A DNA stretch of 64,000 bases from Gemmatimonadales bacterium. GTDB taxonomy: Bacteria; Gemmatimonadota; Gemmatimonadetes; Gemmatimonadales; GWC2-71-9. A program made the translations under genes and the position numbers. The DNA is taken from NCBI GenBank assembly GCA_036002045.1, contig DASYTT010000121.1, positions 95-64,094 of the forward strand, given 5' to 3'. The notes below the pieces were generated by a model. The model had not been told where the DNA came from and did no database searches. It was given only the letters and a program-made list of their open reading frames with translations. Below are positions 24,834 through 34,342 of this stretch, in pieces; position 1 is the first letter of the stretch, and every line of letters starts with the position of its first letter.

Positions 24834-25805
24834 TCAGCGCCGTGAAATGACCTGTTGGACCAGTTGACGCACGGCATGGTCTCCGCGCCGGGCGGGCTCG
24901 AAGCGCCACCCCGCGACGAGCTGGGCGGCATCGGCTTCCTGGCGCGGCGAGGCCGCCAGCAGAATCAGAATCGACTCCGGTTCTACCCGACCGTCTGCTC
25001 CGACCACGAATTGCGCAGCAATCGTTCCGGAACCCTCTCTCGCCGGCTTGGATTCCGGCTGCAGCATTGCCGGCCGGTCGACCTGTTCCTTGTCGGCCGC
25101 GGCTCGGGCCGAGCTGTCGATCCGGGACTGTCCAGCCACGATCAGGAAGAGCCGCAGCAGACTATCCGCCTCCTGCGCGGAGATCTTGGCCTGCCAGCCG
25201 GGGGCGGAATCCGCAATGGCGAGCCAGTGGTCCTTCTGGAGCGCTCCTCTCTTCCGGTGCCGCCCCAGCAAGAACCCGCCGCGTCCGTCGAGCGGGCGCA
25301 GGTTAGGCGACCACTGGATGGCTTCCGGTGGACCGCCTGGGACCGGCGTGCGTAACACGCCGGAGGCGCTATTGAGCCATGCCAGGGCTGCCTCCGGGTC
25401 GAAACGAAGCCAGACTACGCTTCGGTCCAGTTCGCCCGCACCCGCGGGTGAACCGGTCGGCTCAATCAGCAGTTGGAATCCGTATGTCGTATCGGGCAGC
25501 ATCCGCACTTCCACGGAGCCGAGCCGGTAGCGAACCATCCCGCGAGCTGGCAGAACCGGACCGGGCCCATGCCCGGCATCAGGGCCCTGCCTGTCCCGCT
25601 GCGTCGGGTTATCGACAACCTGCACCGCTTCGATCGGCCCATCGGTATACCCGGCGGTGACGGACCGCACGCCGCGCAGGCGCTCGAAGACGGCCTCGAC
25701 TCCCCAAAAGCAGCCGCCTGCGAATACCGGCTTCGTGTCAGCGGAGCTCGCCCCGGCGAGCCACAGCGACACGAGCGGGACCAGCACTATTGCGGCCAGC
25801 GCCAT
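24834..25805 (-). CDS. Secreted chimeric protein: MsrA N-terminal remnant + unknown domain + TonB-C-like tail
   Basis: Track ORF. A signal peptide is followed by [32 protein letters not shown], the MsrA active-site block. The rest of MsrA is missing. The C-terminus [19 protein letters not shown]...[15 protein letters not shown] is TonB_C-like. Confidence 0.6.
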   Translation of the reverse strand: MALAAIVLVPLVSLWLAGASSADTKPVFAGGCFWGVEAVFERLRGVRSVTAGYTDGPIEAVQVVDNPTQRDRQGPDAGHGPGPVLPARGMVRYRLGSVEVRMLPDTTYGFQLLIEPTGSPAGAGELDRSVVWLRFDPEAALAWLNSASGVLRTPVPGGPPEAIQWSPNLRPLDGRGGFLLGRHRKRGALQKDHWLAIADSAPGWQAKISAQEADSLLRLFLIVAGQSRIDSSARAAADKEQVDRPAMLQPESKPAREGSGTIAAQFVVGADGRVEPESILILLAASPRQEADAAQLVAGWRFEPARRGDHAVRQLVQQVISRR

Positions 25806-26347
25806 CCGAATACCCCCGGGGTCAACAGCGCGTAGATCAGGCCGTCAATCGTTAACCGGATCGTCGTGCCCAGGGCGCGATGGTACCAGATCGACATCTG
25901 CCAGAGAGCGAGGGAATAGCCGACAAACGCAGTGCAACCGACAAAGCGGAAAACCTCCAGATAGGCCGCGCCGGGTGGCAGCGCCCGGCTCGCGATATAG
26001 GCGGCAAAGATCCCGACCACGAAGCAATAGAGAAACCAGAGCGCGAGGTTCCTTCCCATGCTCCAGGCACCCGTGGGTAGTACGGTCATAATCAGGTTGG
26101 GACCCTGCTTGAATTTCTCCATGAACTCCGGCGAGCGCATTTCTTCCGTGCTTGCCGGCCTCGGCACCATGTAGTCTCCTGGCGGGATAGCCAGGGGACG
26201 GACGGCCTCCCGCAGCTTGTCTTCGTTGGGCACCTTGCCGTAATCGTGCTTGTGCCAGGGAGTCATCATATGAATGACCGAGCTCGCGAGGAAAACGAGC
26301 ACCGCCGACAGCAAGATCGGAAGCAGCAACGCGCTGAGCCCCGTCAT
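25787..26347 (-). CDS. Hypothetical membrane protein
   Basis: Track ORF 25787..26494 trimmed to ATG 26347 ([23 protein letters not shown]...). 4-5 TM helices. Confidence 0.55.
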   Translation of the reverse strand: MTGLSALLLPILLSAVLVFLASSVIHMMTPWHKHDYGKVPNEDKLREAVRPLAIPPGDYMVPRPASTEEMRSPEFMEKFKQGPNLIMTVLPTGAWSMGRNLALWFLYCFVVGIFAAYIASRALPPGAAYLEVFRFVGCTAFVGYSLALWQMSIWYHRALGTTIRLTIDGLIYALLTPGVFGWRWPQ

Positions 26348-26420
26348 GGTAGTCTCCTGGTGAGAGGCAGAGCCGACTAACCTACTCCAGTCGAGCGGAT
26401 GCGCCAGAGACCGGGGCGGG

Positions 26421-26951
26421 TTAGGTCGCCGGCCCGCCGCCGCCGGTGACCTCGCTTCGGCGTTCATAAAGCAGGGTATCGCGCCAGACTCCATGGTGCT
26501 GGGCGATACGATGGCGCCGGCCCACCAGGCGAAACCCGCACGCCTCGTGTAAACGGATACTTGCCCCGTTCTCGGGAAAGATCGACGCCTGCAAGGTCCA
26601 GATGCCTGCCAGCTCGCTCTGCCGGATCAGCTCAAGCAGCAGACGCCGGCCGACGCCTCGCCCCCGCAGGTGCCCGGTCACATACACGCTGACCTCGGCG
26701 ACCCCCGCATAGACCACCCGGCGCGAAACCGGCGTGAGGGCCGCCCAGCCAACCGGATTCCCCGCCTGGCAGGCCAGCACACGGGAGTGCGCCAGATGTC
26801 CGTCATCCCAGGCCTTCCAGTCCGGAGGCTTTGTTTCGAAGCTCGCCTGGCCGGTCGCGAGGCCCTCCTCATAGATGGCTTTGACGGCCTCCCAATGTTC
26901 CTCACGGAGCGCCACCAGGTTGAGCGAAACCAGCGGTTCAGGAGACCTCAT
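26421..26951 (-). CDS. GNAT family N-acetyltransferase (phosphinothricin acetyltransferase-like)
   Basis: Track [28 protein letters not shown]...[25 protein letters not shown]. Confidence 0.85.
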   Translation of the reverse strand: MRSPEPLVSLNLVALREEHWEAVKAIYEEGLATGQASFETKPPDWKAWDDGHLAHSRVLACQAGNPVGWAALTPVSRRVVYAGVAEVSVYVTGHLRGRGVGRRLLLELIRQSELAGIWTLQASIFPENGASIRLHEACGFRLVGRRHRIAQHHGVWRDTLLYERRSEVTGGGGPAT

Positions 26952-26996
26952 TTTTTTTCGTTGCTCCAGAACGCGTTTCTTGCCGTTCGAGAGGAC

Positions 26997-27914
26997 TCAA
27001 CGGCCGAGTCCCGCCGGCGCCCGCGCCCGTCCCTTCCCTACCGCGCCCGCCAGCGCCAGCAGTGCGATCAAATAGGGCAGCCCCAGGAAGAGCTGATAGG
27101 GGGCGCTCAGCCCCATGGCCTGCAGCGCAAACTGCAGCGCGCTCGCGGCCCCGAAAAGCAGCGCCGCAGCGAGGACACCCCGCGGGTGCCAGCGTCCGAG
27201 CACGACGATGGCAATTGCGATGAAGCCGCGTCCGGCCGTCATTTTTTCCGCGAAGGTCCCGACCTGGGCCAGCACGAGGGTGGCGCCGCCCAATCCCGCC
27301 AGTGCGCCGCCGCAGAGAGTCGCCAGAATCTGCAATCGCCGCACCGGGACTCCGTTGGCGCGTGCCGCTTCTGCCGATTCGCCGCTTGCGCGGAGGGCGA
27401 GCCCCCACCAACTCCGGAAGAGAAACCAGCTGGCAAGCGGGACGAGGATCCAGCCGAGGTAGGTGAGCGCGGATTGCTCGAAGAGCGCGGGCCCGAGCAA
27501 CGGGATCTGGCGCAATCCGGGAACCGGTAAGGCGGCGAACGTGGGAATCGAGAGCCCGGGGCCGGCCGCGCCAAACGCGCTCCTATATATGGCTCCGGTG
27601 AGGCCGATTGTTCCGAGCGTGATTGCCGTGCCCGTGATGATCTGATCAGCGCGCGCTGCGATCGCCACCGCGCTGAAGCAAGCGGCGACCAGTAGGCCGG
27701 CACCCACGGCGGCCAGCACGCCTGCCCAGGGACCTGCCGTCGCGGCACCCATTGCCGACGCGAGCGCACCGGCCAGCATGGCACCTTCCACGCCGAGATT
27801 GATCACGCCGGCACGTTCGGCGACCAGCTCGCCCGTGGCCGCGAGCAACAAGGGCGTCGAGATCCGGACCGTGGCCGCGACAAAGCCGGCGAGAATCACG
27901 GCCACGTCGTTCAT
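26997..27914 (-). CDS. ABC transporter permease (BPD_transp_2, nucleoside/simple-sugar type)
   Basis: Track ORF, polytopic. GVINLGVEGAML motif. 4-nt overlap with the upstream permease. Confidence 0.85.
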   Translation of the reverse strand: MNDVAVILAGFVAATVRISTPLLLAATGELVAERAGVINLGVEGAMLAGALASAMGAATAGPWAGVLAAVGAGLLVAACFSAVAIAARADQIITGTAITLGTIGLTGAIYRSAFGAAGPGLSIPTFAALPVPGLRQIPLLGPALFEQSALTYLGWILVPLASWFLFRSWWGLALRASGESAEAARANGVPVRRLQILATLCGGALAGLGGATLVLAQVGTFAEKMTAGRGFIAIAIVVLGRWHPRGVLAAALLFGAASALQFALQAMGLSAPYQLFLGLPYLIALLALAGAVGKGRARAPAGLGR

Positions 27915-28966
27915 GCGGATTCTCTCTCCAGCGTGTCCACTCTGCTGCGTACTTGTCTTCGCGCCAAGACATCCGCCAACAGCACCGTGATGATGATTAC
28001 CGCCTCCGCGGCTGCGACCGTCACCGCAGGGACGCCCGCCTCCCGCTGCATTCCCTGCGCTCCTGCTTCGAGTCCGCCGAAGAGGACTCCCGTCGCCACG
28101 ATCGCCAACGGGTGCAGTCGTGCGAGCAAGGCAACTGCGATGGCAGTGAAGCCGTACCCGGGCGAGAGATTCTGATAGAGGCTGTAGCTCACCCCTGACA
28201 CCTCGAGCCCGCCGGCCAGTCCCGCCAGCGCTCCAGACCAGAGCAGGGCGAACCCGGTCACGCGCTGCGGGGAAATCCGCCCACTTACCCAGGCGGCCCG
28301 CGGACCCAGGCCCACGGCTCGCAGGCGGAAGCCCCAGACCGTCCTGGTCAGGATGAGCCAGAGGAGTGCCGCAAGGACCAGGGCGAGCAGAATCCCGCTA
28401 TGCAGGCGGGAACCGGGCAGCAGCGGCAAGCGAGCCACTTCCGCGATGGGCTCGCTTTGCGGATAGACCCGCTGGGCTTCCTGCAGCGGCCCGGTTACCG
28501 CGTAGCTGACCGCTGCCTCGGCCACGAAGTTGAGCAGGAGGGTCGAGATCACTTCGAGCACGCCGAAACGCAGTTTGAGCAGGACGGCAAACGCGATCCA
28601 GCCTGCGCCCGCGACGGTTGCGACGAGCCACACAGCGGTGATAGCGAAGGGCGCCGGCCAGCCTCCCAGATGCATCCCCATCCAGGTGGCTGCAATCGCA
28701 CCGGCGTAGAACTGCCCTTCGCCACCGATATTTAGAGCGCCGGCCCGGAACGCCACGGCGACGGCGAGCCCGAGCACGATCAGCGGCACCGCGCGTACCA
28801 GGGTCGCGGAAATCAGCGCATCGCGTGACCCGAACGCCCCGCGCCAAAGCGCCCCCACGGCCAGCAATGGATCATAACCCGCGATCAGCAGCCCGAGCAG
28901 CAGCGCCCCGAACCCAGCGACGATCGCCGCCCCCGCCGTGAGCAACGGCGATCGTTCAGCGCGCAC
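27911..28966 (-). CDS. ABC transporter permease (BPD_transp_2)
   Basis: Track ORF. GALNIGGEGQFYAGA motif. Overlaps the ATPase gene by 11 nt. Confidence 0.85.
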   Translation of the reverse strand: MRAERSPLLTAGAAIVAGFGALLLGLLIAGYDPLLAVGALWRGAFGSRDALISATLVRAVPLIVLGLAVAVAFRAGALNIGGEGQFYAGAIAATWMGMHLGGWPAPFAITAVWLVATVAGAGWIAFAVLLKLRFGVLEVISTLLLNFVAEAAVSYAVTGPLQEAQRVYPQSEPIAEVARLPLLPGSRLHSGILLALVLAALLWLILTRTVWGFRLRAVGLGPRAAWVSGRISPQRVTGFALLWSGALAGLAGGLEVSGVSYSLYQNLSPGYGFTAIAVALLARLHPLAIVATGVLFGGLEAGAQGMQREAGVPAVTVAAAEAVIIITVLLADVLARRQVRSRVDTLERESA

Positions 28967-30371
28967 GCTGGATTCCCAGCATGAGGTCGCCCACGACCTG
29001 CCGGTCGGCGCCCCGGGGCGCTTCGGATACCTGCCCCTGATGCACGACGAGGATCCGGTCCCCCAGCTCCAACACCTCGTCGAGATCGCTCGAATAAACG
29101 ATTACGGAAACCCCGGCTCGAGCCGCCCCCCGAAGCTGCTCATGAACGTACGCCGTTGCGCGGAGGTCGAGCCCCCTGGTGGGGTTCTCGGCCACCAGAA
29201 CTCGGGGCCGGCCTTCCAGCGCCCGCGCCAGGACCACCTTTTGCTGATTGCCGCCCGAAAGCGTTGCCGCAGCAGCTTCCGGTCCCGAGGCCAGGATGCC
29301 ATAGCCCTCGATCAGCCGGCTGGCATGGCGTCGCACCGCACTCCAGTCGAGTCGGGGGCCACGGGCCCAGCGGGGATCCCGCTCCAATCCCAGCACCAGA
29401 TTCTCCGCGACGGACATCGCGGGAATCAGCCCCTCGGTGCTCCGGTCTTCGGGCACGAACGCAACGGACCCTTCTTCCAGCGCTGGCACCGGACCGCCTC
29501 CTGTCACCCCGGCCAAGCTTCGCAGCAGCTCGCGTTCCCCGTTGCCCTCGACCGCGGCGACTCCGACCATCTCGCCGGCGTGTATGACGATGTGGCCAAG
29601 CCGGCAAACCTCGGAAGGTCGCAAGGTGGGAAGTTCGGAAGGTGGTGGGGCTGAAGCTTCCGACGTTTCGACGTTTCGACTTGCCGGCGTTCCCAGCATC
29701 GCCAGCGCCAGACTATCCCGGCTTTGGCCTTCGACCGGCGCGCTGAGCGTGACCTTCCCGTTGCGCAGCACTGTCACTCGATCGGCGGCGCTCAAGACTT
29801 CGGGAAGCTTGTGGGTGACCAACGCCACGGCTCCGCCTTCCGAGGCGAAGCGTCTCACCAGCGCGAGCAGCTCGGCCACCTCGCCCGGTGCCAAGGCTGC
29901 GCTGGGCTCGTCGAGCAGCAGGATCTTCGCGCCGGTGAAGAGCGCCTTCACAATCTCGAGCCGCTGACGGAGTCCCACGCTCAAGCTCTCGACCGGTGCG
30001 TGCAGGTCCATCCGCTCGAGCAGTCCGCTGTCGGGCCGACAGCCCCGCCGCCCGACTGCCAGCGCGATGTTCTCAGCCACAGTCAATGTCCCGATGCTCG
30101 TGAAGTGCTGATGCACCATGCCGATCCCGTGAGCGCGCGCATCCCGGGGCGAGCGGAGCACGACCTCCCGGCCGTGGACTCGGATCTGGCCCCCCTCCGG
30201 TACGAGCATGCCGTCGGCCACGTGCAGGAGGGTGGATTTCCCCGCCCCGTTCTCCCCCAGCAGGGCATGGACCTCGCCCGCCGTCAAGACGAGATCGGCT
30301 CCGCGCAGCGCCTGCACGGAGCCGAAGGACTTGGTGATGCCGTGAAGTTCCAGCACTGGCGCTTCGCTCAT
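28956..30371 (-). CDS. ABC transporter ATP-binding protein, duplicated ATPase
   Basis: Track ORF. Walker A GENGAGKST, signature LSVGLRQRLEI and LSGGNQQKVVL, Walker B ILLLDEPSA and VLVAENPTRGLD. Confidence 0.9.
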   Translation of the reverse strand: MSEAPVLELHGITKSFGSVQALRGADLVLTAGEVHALLGENGAGKSTLLHVADGMLVPEGGQIRVHGREVVLRSPRDARAHGIGMVHQHFTSIGTLTVAENIALAVGRRGCRPDSGLLERMDLHAPVESLSVGLRQRLEIVKALFTGAKILLLDEPSAALAPGEVAELLALVRRFASEGGAVALVTHKLPEVLSAADRVTVLRNGKVTLSAPVEGQSRDSLALAMLGTPASRNVETSEASAPPPSELPTLRPSEVCRLGHIVIHAGEMVGVAAVEGNGERELLRSLAGVTGGGPVPALEEGSVAFVPEDRSTEGLIPAMSVAENLVLGLERDPRWARGPRLDWSAVRRHASRLIEGYGILASGPEAAAATLSGGNQQKVVLARALEGRPRVLVAENPTRGLDLRATAYVHEQLRGAARAGVSVIVYSSDLDEVLELGDRILVVHQGQVSEAPRGADRQVVGDLMLGIQRAR

Positions 30372-30407
30372 GCGCCCCCGCTCACTGTCTACCGTTTACC
30401 GCCCGCC

Positions 30408-31172
30408 TCACAATCCCGTCGGATGATCATGGAATTCCCAGGGGATTCCAAATTTTCCTGCGAGCTGCGCTGCTAGAGCCTTTACGCCCACCGTTTCCGT
30501 GGCATAGTGACCAGCGTAGATCAGGTTCACCCCGAGCTCCATGGCGTCGAAGTAGGTGTGATGCGCGCCTTCTCCGGTGAGATAGGTGTCGATTCCGGCC
30601 TCATGCGCCGCGGCGATCCGGCCCCCACCGCTTCCGGTGATGATTCCTACTCGGCGCGACAAGGCTGGTCCTCCCGGAATCAGTCGCGCCTTGGTTCCCA
30701 GCAGCTGCTCCACACGCGCGGTGAAGGCCTCGCGCGGTTCGCCGGGATCCAGCAGCCCCTGCACGCCGAACGGAACTCCCCGGTACGTATCGAAAGGAGC
30801 GGGTGCGGCGAGACCGAGCGCCCGGGCCAGCACGGCATTGTTACCGATCTCGGGATGAGCGTCGAGCGGAATGTGCGCTGAGTAAAGAGCAGCGTCGCGC
30901 TGCAGCAAAGCCCGGACGCGCTGGTAGCGCCGGCCGATAAGCGGAACGTTGCCGTCCCACAACAGGCCATGGTGGACCAGCAGCAGCGGAGAGCCGGCAG
31001 GCAAGGCTTGGATCGTTCCGAGCGAGGCATCCACCGCCGCCACGATTCGGTCCACCGCGCCGGAGTTCTCCACCTGAAGTCCGTTTACCGCGTTGGCTTC
31101 GTCCGGAACCTCGCGGATCCGGAGATACTCGTCGAGGTAACTGGTGAGCGTCGCGAGCGGCACGGCCGACAT
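30408..31172 (-). CDS. Nif3-like dinuclear metal center protein (YbgI/GTP cyclohydrolase 1 type 2 homologue)
   Basis: Track ORF. NGLQVENSG...LLLVHHGLLW...LYSAHIPLDAH...GHYATE. Confidence 0.85.
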   Translation of the reverse strand: MSAVPLATLTSYLDEYLRIREVPDEANAVNGLQVENSGAVDRIVAAVDASLGTIQALPAGSPLLLVHHGLLWDGNVPLIGRRYQRVRALLQRDAALYSAHIPLDAHPEIGNNAVLARALGLAAPAPFDTYRGVPFGVQGLLDPGEPREAFTARVEQLLGTKARLIPGGPALSRRVGIITGSGGGRIAAAHEAGIDTYLTGEGAHHTYFDAMELGVNLIYAGHYATETVGVKALAAQLAGKFGIPWEFHDHPTGL

Positions 31173-31178
31173 TGGGAT

Positions 31179-32147
31179 TCAGCGCTGGGCGAGGGGCCGG
31201 AGCGTACCCGCCACAATCGAATCCCTGGCGGCCTCGACTCGGTTCCGCAGCTGGACGGGCATCCGGTCGAGGAGCGCCGGGTTAGGGTCAAAGCGTAACA
31301 CGCCTCCCGCCAGCCCGAACGTCTCGACCCGAGGGCGGAAACGCCCTTCCTGGATCTCGCGCGCGATGGCGAGAAAGGCCTTGGGCAGATCGATCACCAC
31401 GGAGGCCAGCACCCGCTCCGGCGCCAGGGCGCTCTGCTCGGCGTTGGCGCCGAAGGCGTAGACTCCTGGACTTTCCTTCACCGCTTGAAACAAACCAAGG
31501 GCGGCCTGATCCGCATTATGGTGCAGCATGTCCACGCCAAGCCGGATCATTGCGAGCGCTGCCTCACGCCCGGCCGCCACGTCATCGAAGGTATTGAGGT
31601 AGGCGAGCCGGCTCTCGACCTTCGGGTTCACGGCCTTGGCGCCGTTGACCCAGCCTTGATAGCCACGCACGATCGGGGGCAATTCCATCCCGCCCACGAA
31701 GCCGATCTTATTGGACTTGGTCATTCCGCCGGCGAGGATTCCGGCGAGATAGGTCCCCTCCTCGATCCCGAATACCAGCGGAACGACGTTGCCGGACGCG
31801 GAGACCCGTTCGCCGGAGGTGACGACGAAGATGGTCCTGGGGTACTCCGCTCCGATCCGCTCTGCCGGTTGCTGGAATTCGAAGCCGTGCCCGAAGACCA
31901 GGTCGTACCCTTGGGCGGCATAACTGCGGAGCGCTTCGGCCTGCTCGCCCGGAGTCCGGGCCTCGACGTGGCTGATGACGGCGCCGGCAGAATCCCGGAT
32001 TTGCAGCAGCCCGAGATAGGCCCCTGAGTTCCAGGCCGCGTCAGCGATCGATCCCGGCGTTATCAGGGCAACACGAAAAGCGGCGGGGCCTTCGGTCTTC
32101 CTGGCACAAGCCGCGAGCAGCCAGAGCAGCCAGGACAGTCGTCCCAT
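31179..32147 (-). CDS. BMP family ABC transporter substrate-binding lipoprotein
   Basis: Track ORF. Signal ending LLAAC. VALITPGSIADAAWNSGAYLGL and GFVGGMELPPI are typical Bmp/PnrA blocks. Confidence 0.85.
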   Translation of the reverse strand: MGRLSWLLWLLAACARKTEGPAAFRVALITPGSIADAAWNSGAYLGLLQIRDSAGAVISHVEARTPGEQAEALRSYAAQGYDLVFGHGFEFQQPAERIGAEYPRTIFVVTSGERVSASGNVVPLVFGIEEGTYLAGILAGGMTKSNKIGFVGGMELPPIVRGYQGWVNGAKAVNPKVESRLAYLNTFDDVAAGREAALAMIRLGVDMLHHNADQAALGLFQAVKESPGVYAFGANAEQSALAPERVLASVVIDLPKAFLAIAREIQEGRFRPRVETFGLAGGVLRFDPNPALLDRMPVQLRNRVEAARDSIVAGTLRPLAQR

Positions 32148-32190
32148 CAGGCTCGCGGGAGAGCGCGTCGAGGATCGCTGATGGCCGCCT

Positions 32191-32646
32191 CTACCCGTTG
32201 ACGGTTAGCCGCAGCCCTTCGGCAACCGGGCGCTGCGGTTCGACGTCCTCCATCTTCATGGAGCCGTTGACGGTTCCGCCCTCCTGGATGAGCAGCCGAG
32301 GCGTGGCGATGTCGCCATGCACGATCGCGGAGGTCTGCAGCTCCACCCGTTCCACTGCGGTGATACACCCGTGCACTCGGCCGCCGATCACTGCTTCGCG
32401 AGCGATCACGTCTCCCTCAATGATGCCGCCGTCGCAGAGCAGGACCTGATCGCCCGCGTGTACGTTGCCGACGACCCGCCCTTCGATCCGGATGACTCCT
32501 TCGGCCTGGAGATCTCCGGCGATGGTGAGGTCCTTGGCGACGATAGAGAGCCCGGCTTGCAGCTCGCGGTTCCGCCGCCGTTCGCCAGTCGGGGGAGGCC
32601 CGGATTTCGCCGGTTCGCTGCTGCCAGTTTGCGAGAAGAAACCCAT
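32191..32646 (-). CDS. Bactofilin family cytoskeletal protein
   Basis: Track ORF. Repetitive beta-helix pattern IAGDLQAEGVIRIEGRVVGNV...IEGDVIAREAVIGGRVHG...IVHGDIATPRLLIQEGGTVNG. Confidence 0.85.
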   Translation of the reverse strand: MGFFSQTGSSEPAKSGPPPTGERRRNRELQAGLSIVAKDLTIAGDLQAEGVIRIEGRVVGNVHAGDQVLLCDGGIIEGDVIAREAVIGGRVHGCITAVERVELQTSAIVHGDIATPRLLIQEGGTVNGSMKMEDVEPQRPVAEGLRLTVNG

Positions 32647-33440
32647 CAGCGCTCCTCCTTCACCATCGTCCCGGGATCGACCGATACGTCATTGCGCCGG
32701 ATCTCGAAGTGCAGATGCGGGGCGGAGGACCGGCCGCTGTTGCCGCTCAGGGCAATGACCTCACCGGCGCGCACCGTCATTCCCTGAATTGCAATAATGC
32801 GCGACAGATGGCCGTACTTCGACTGATACCCTTCGGGGTGCTCGAGCAGCACGAAATTGCCGTATTCCTCCTGGGCCCCCGTTTGCAGCACCACTCCACC
32901 TCCGGCTGCGCGGACGATGCTTCCGATCGGCACCGCAATGTCGATGCCGGGATGTTCCTCTTCGCTCCCCCCCGCCACCGCCTGGCCCCGGGTGACGTAT
33001 CCGCGCTCATCCAGCGGCCAATGGCGCGGTGGAGAGGGCTCGGATTCGTACCGCGGTCCGGCGCCCGGGAGACCGGCGAAGATTGCGGGCGCCACCAGCC
33101 GGGCGCCGCTCAACGTGACGCGGTCGGGGACGATATCGGCCCCCACCATCCGGCGCAGTTGCTCGTAATTGGACTCGACGCTATCCAGTGCGGCGGCAAG
33201 CTCCCGGATCCGCAGCTTATCGCCCCGGAGCTGTTCGACTTCTCGCGACAAGGAAGGAACGCGCGCCGCCTGCCGTGCGATGGGGCCATAGAAGGCTATC
33301 CCCAGCACCAGCGCGATGGTGGCTGCAACACCGACCACCAAGGCGCCGCGCAGGACCCAGAGCGGAATCCGGTAGGTTCGCGCCTGCAGGGCCCCATCCC
33401 GCTGCACGATGACCGAAACGGCGCGCTTCCCGAGGTTCAT
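32646..33440 (-). CDS. M23 family metallopeptidase (LytM-type) with N-terminal TM anchor
   Basis: Track ORF. HPGIDIAVPIGSIVRAAGGG...YGHLS...GNSGRSSAPHLHFEI. Confidence 0.85.
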   Translation of the reverse strand: MNLGKRAVSVIVQRDGALQARTYRIPLWVLRGALVVGVAATIALVLGIAFYGPIARQAARVPSLSREVEQLRGDKLRIRELAAALDSVESNYEQLRRMVGADIVPDRVTLSGARLVAPAIFAGLPGAGPRYESEPSPPRHWPLDERGYVTRGQAVAGGSEEEHPGIDIAVPIGSIVRAAGGGVVLQTGAQEEYGNFVLLEHPEGYQSKYGHLSRIIAIQGMTVRAGEVIALSGNSGRSSAPHLHFEIRRNDVSVDPGTMVKEER

Positions 33441-34342
33441 CCTTCGAAGGGCTTACCCAGGATCAGCTCGAGCAACCGAGCCAGATCGTCGTTGGAGTAG
33501 TAGTGGATGGTCACGGCCCCGCGGCCTCGGCGGCGGGCGGTGATGCGGACGTCCGTCTGCAACCGCTTGCGCAGCGCATCCTCGACGAGCCGGATGTCCG
33601 CGCTCGGATTGCGGACCTCTGCCCGCGGCCGGCGGAGGGTTTTTCGGGCAGGCGCGGCGGTTTGCAGCTGCTCGCCGCGTACTCGCGCCTCGAGATCCCG
33701 CACCGACCATTCGGCGGCTGCGCATTCTCGGGCTAGCCGGGTGAGCTCCTGCGGATCCGAGAGCGCGAGGAGCGCGCGCGCGTGACCCTCGGACAACTTG
33801 CGCTCCTCGAGGAGTTGCTGCACGTCATCGGGAAGCCGGAGCAGTCGCAGCGTGTTACTCACAGTCGAACGATCCTTGCCGACCAGCCGTGCGACCTCAT
33901 GCTGCGGAAGCGTGAACTCCTGCATGAGCTGCTGGTAGCCCCGTGCCGCGTCGAGGGGGGAGAGGGCGTCGCGCTGCAGGTTCTCGATCAGCGCAAGCGT
34001 CAGGAGCGAGCGGTCGTCAACTTCCTTGATGACCGCTGGCACGTTCTTCCAGCCCAGCCGCTGCACCGCGCGCCAGCGCCGCTCTCCGGCGATCAGCTCG
34101 TAGCGCCCCGCGCCGTCCGGCTGGGGACGCACGACGACCGGTTGCAGCAGCCCGGAGGCCTCGATGGAGTCGGCCAGCTCCTTGAGCTGTGCCTCGTCGA
34201 ACTGGCGCCGCGGCTGATAGGGATTCGGTCGGATCGCCGCGACGGGGAGCTCTTTGAGCCCGCCGCCCGCCTGAGCCGCTTCGCGCGTGAGGGGTCCCAG
34301 CAGGGCCTCGAGTCCGCGTCCCAACCGCTTGGTCTCGGTCAC
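33437..34342 (-). CDS. parB: Chromosome partitioning protein ParB
   Basis: Track ORF 33437..34594 trimmed to GTG 34342, which forms a GTGA overlap with the parA stop. (V)TETKRLGRGLEALLG, IRPNPYQPRR, GERRWRA and HTH LVGKDRSTVSNTLRLLRLP are present. Confidence 0.9.
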   Translation of the reverse strand: MTETKRLGRGLEALLGPLTREAAQAGGGLKELPVAAIRPNPYQPRRQFDEAQLKELADSIEASGLLQPVVVRPQPDGAGRYELIAGERRWRAVQRLGWKNVPAVIKEVDDRSLLTLALIENLQRDALSPLDAARGYQQLMQEFTLPQHEVARLVGKDRSTVSNTLRLLRLPDDVQQLLEERKLSEGHARALLALSDPQELTRLARECAAAEWSVRDLEARVRGEQLQTAAPARKTLRRPRAEVRNPSADIRLVEDALRKRLQTDVRITARRRGRGAVTIHYYSNDDLARLLELILGKPFEG

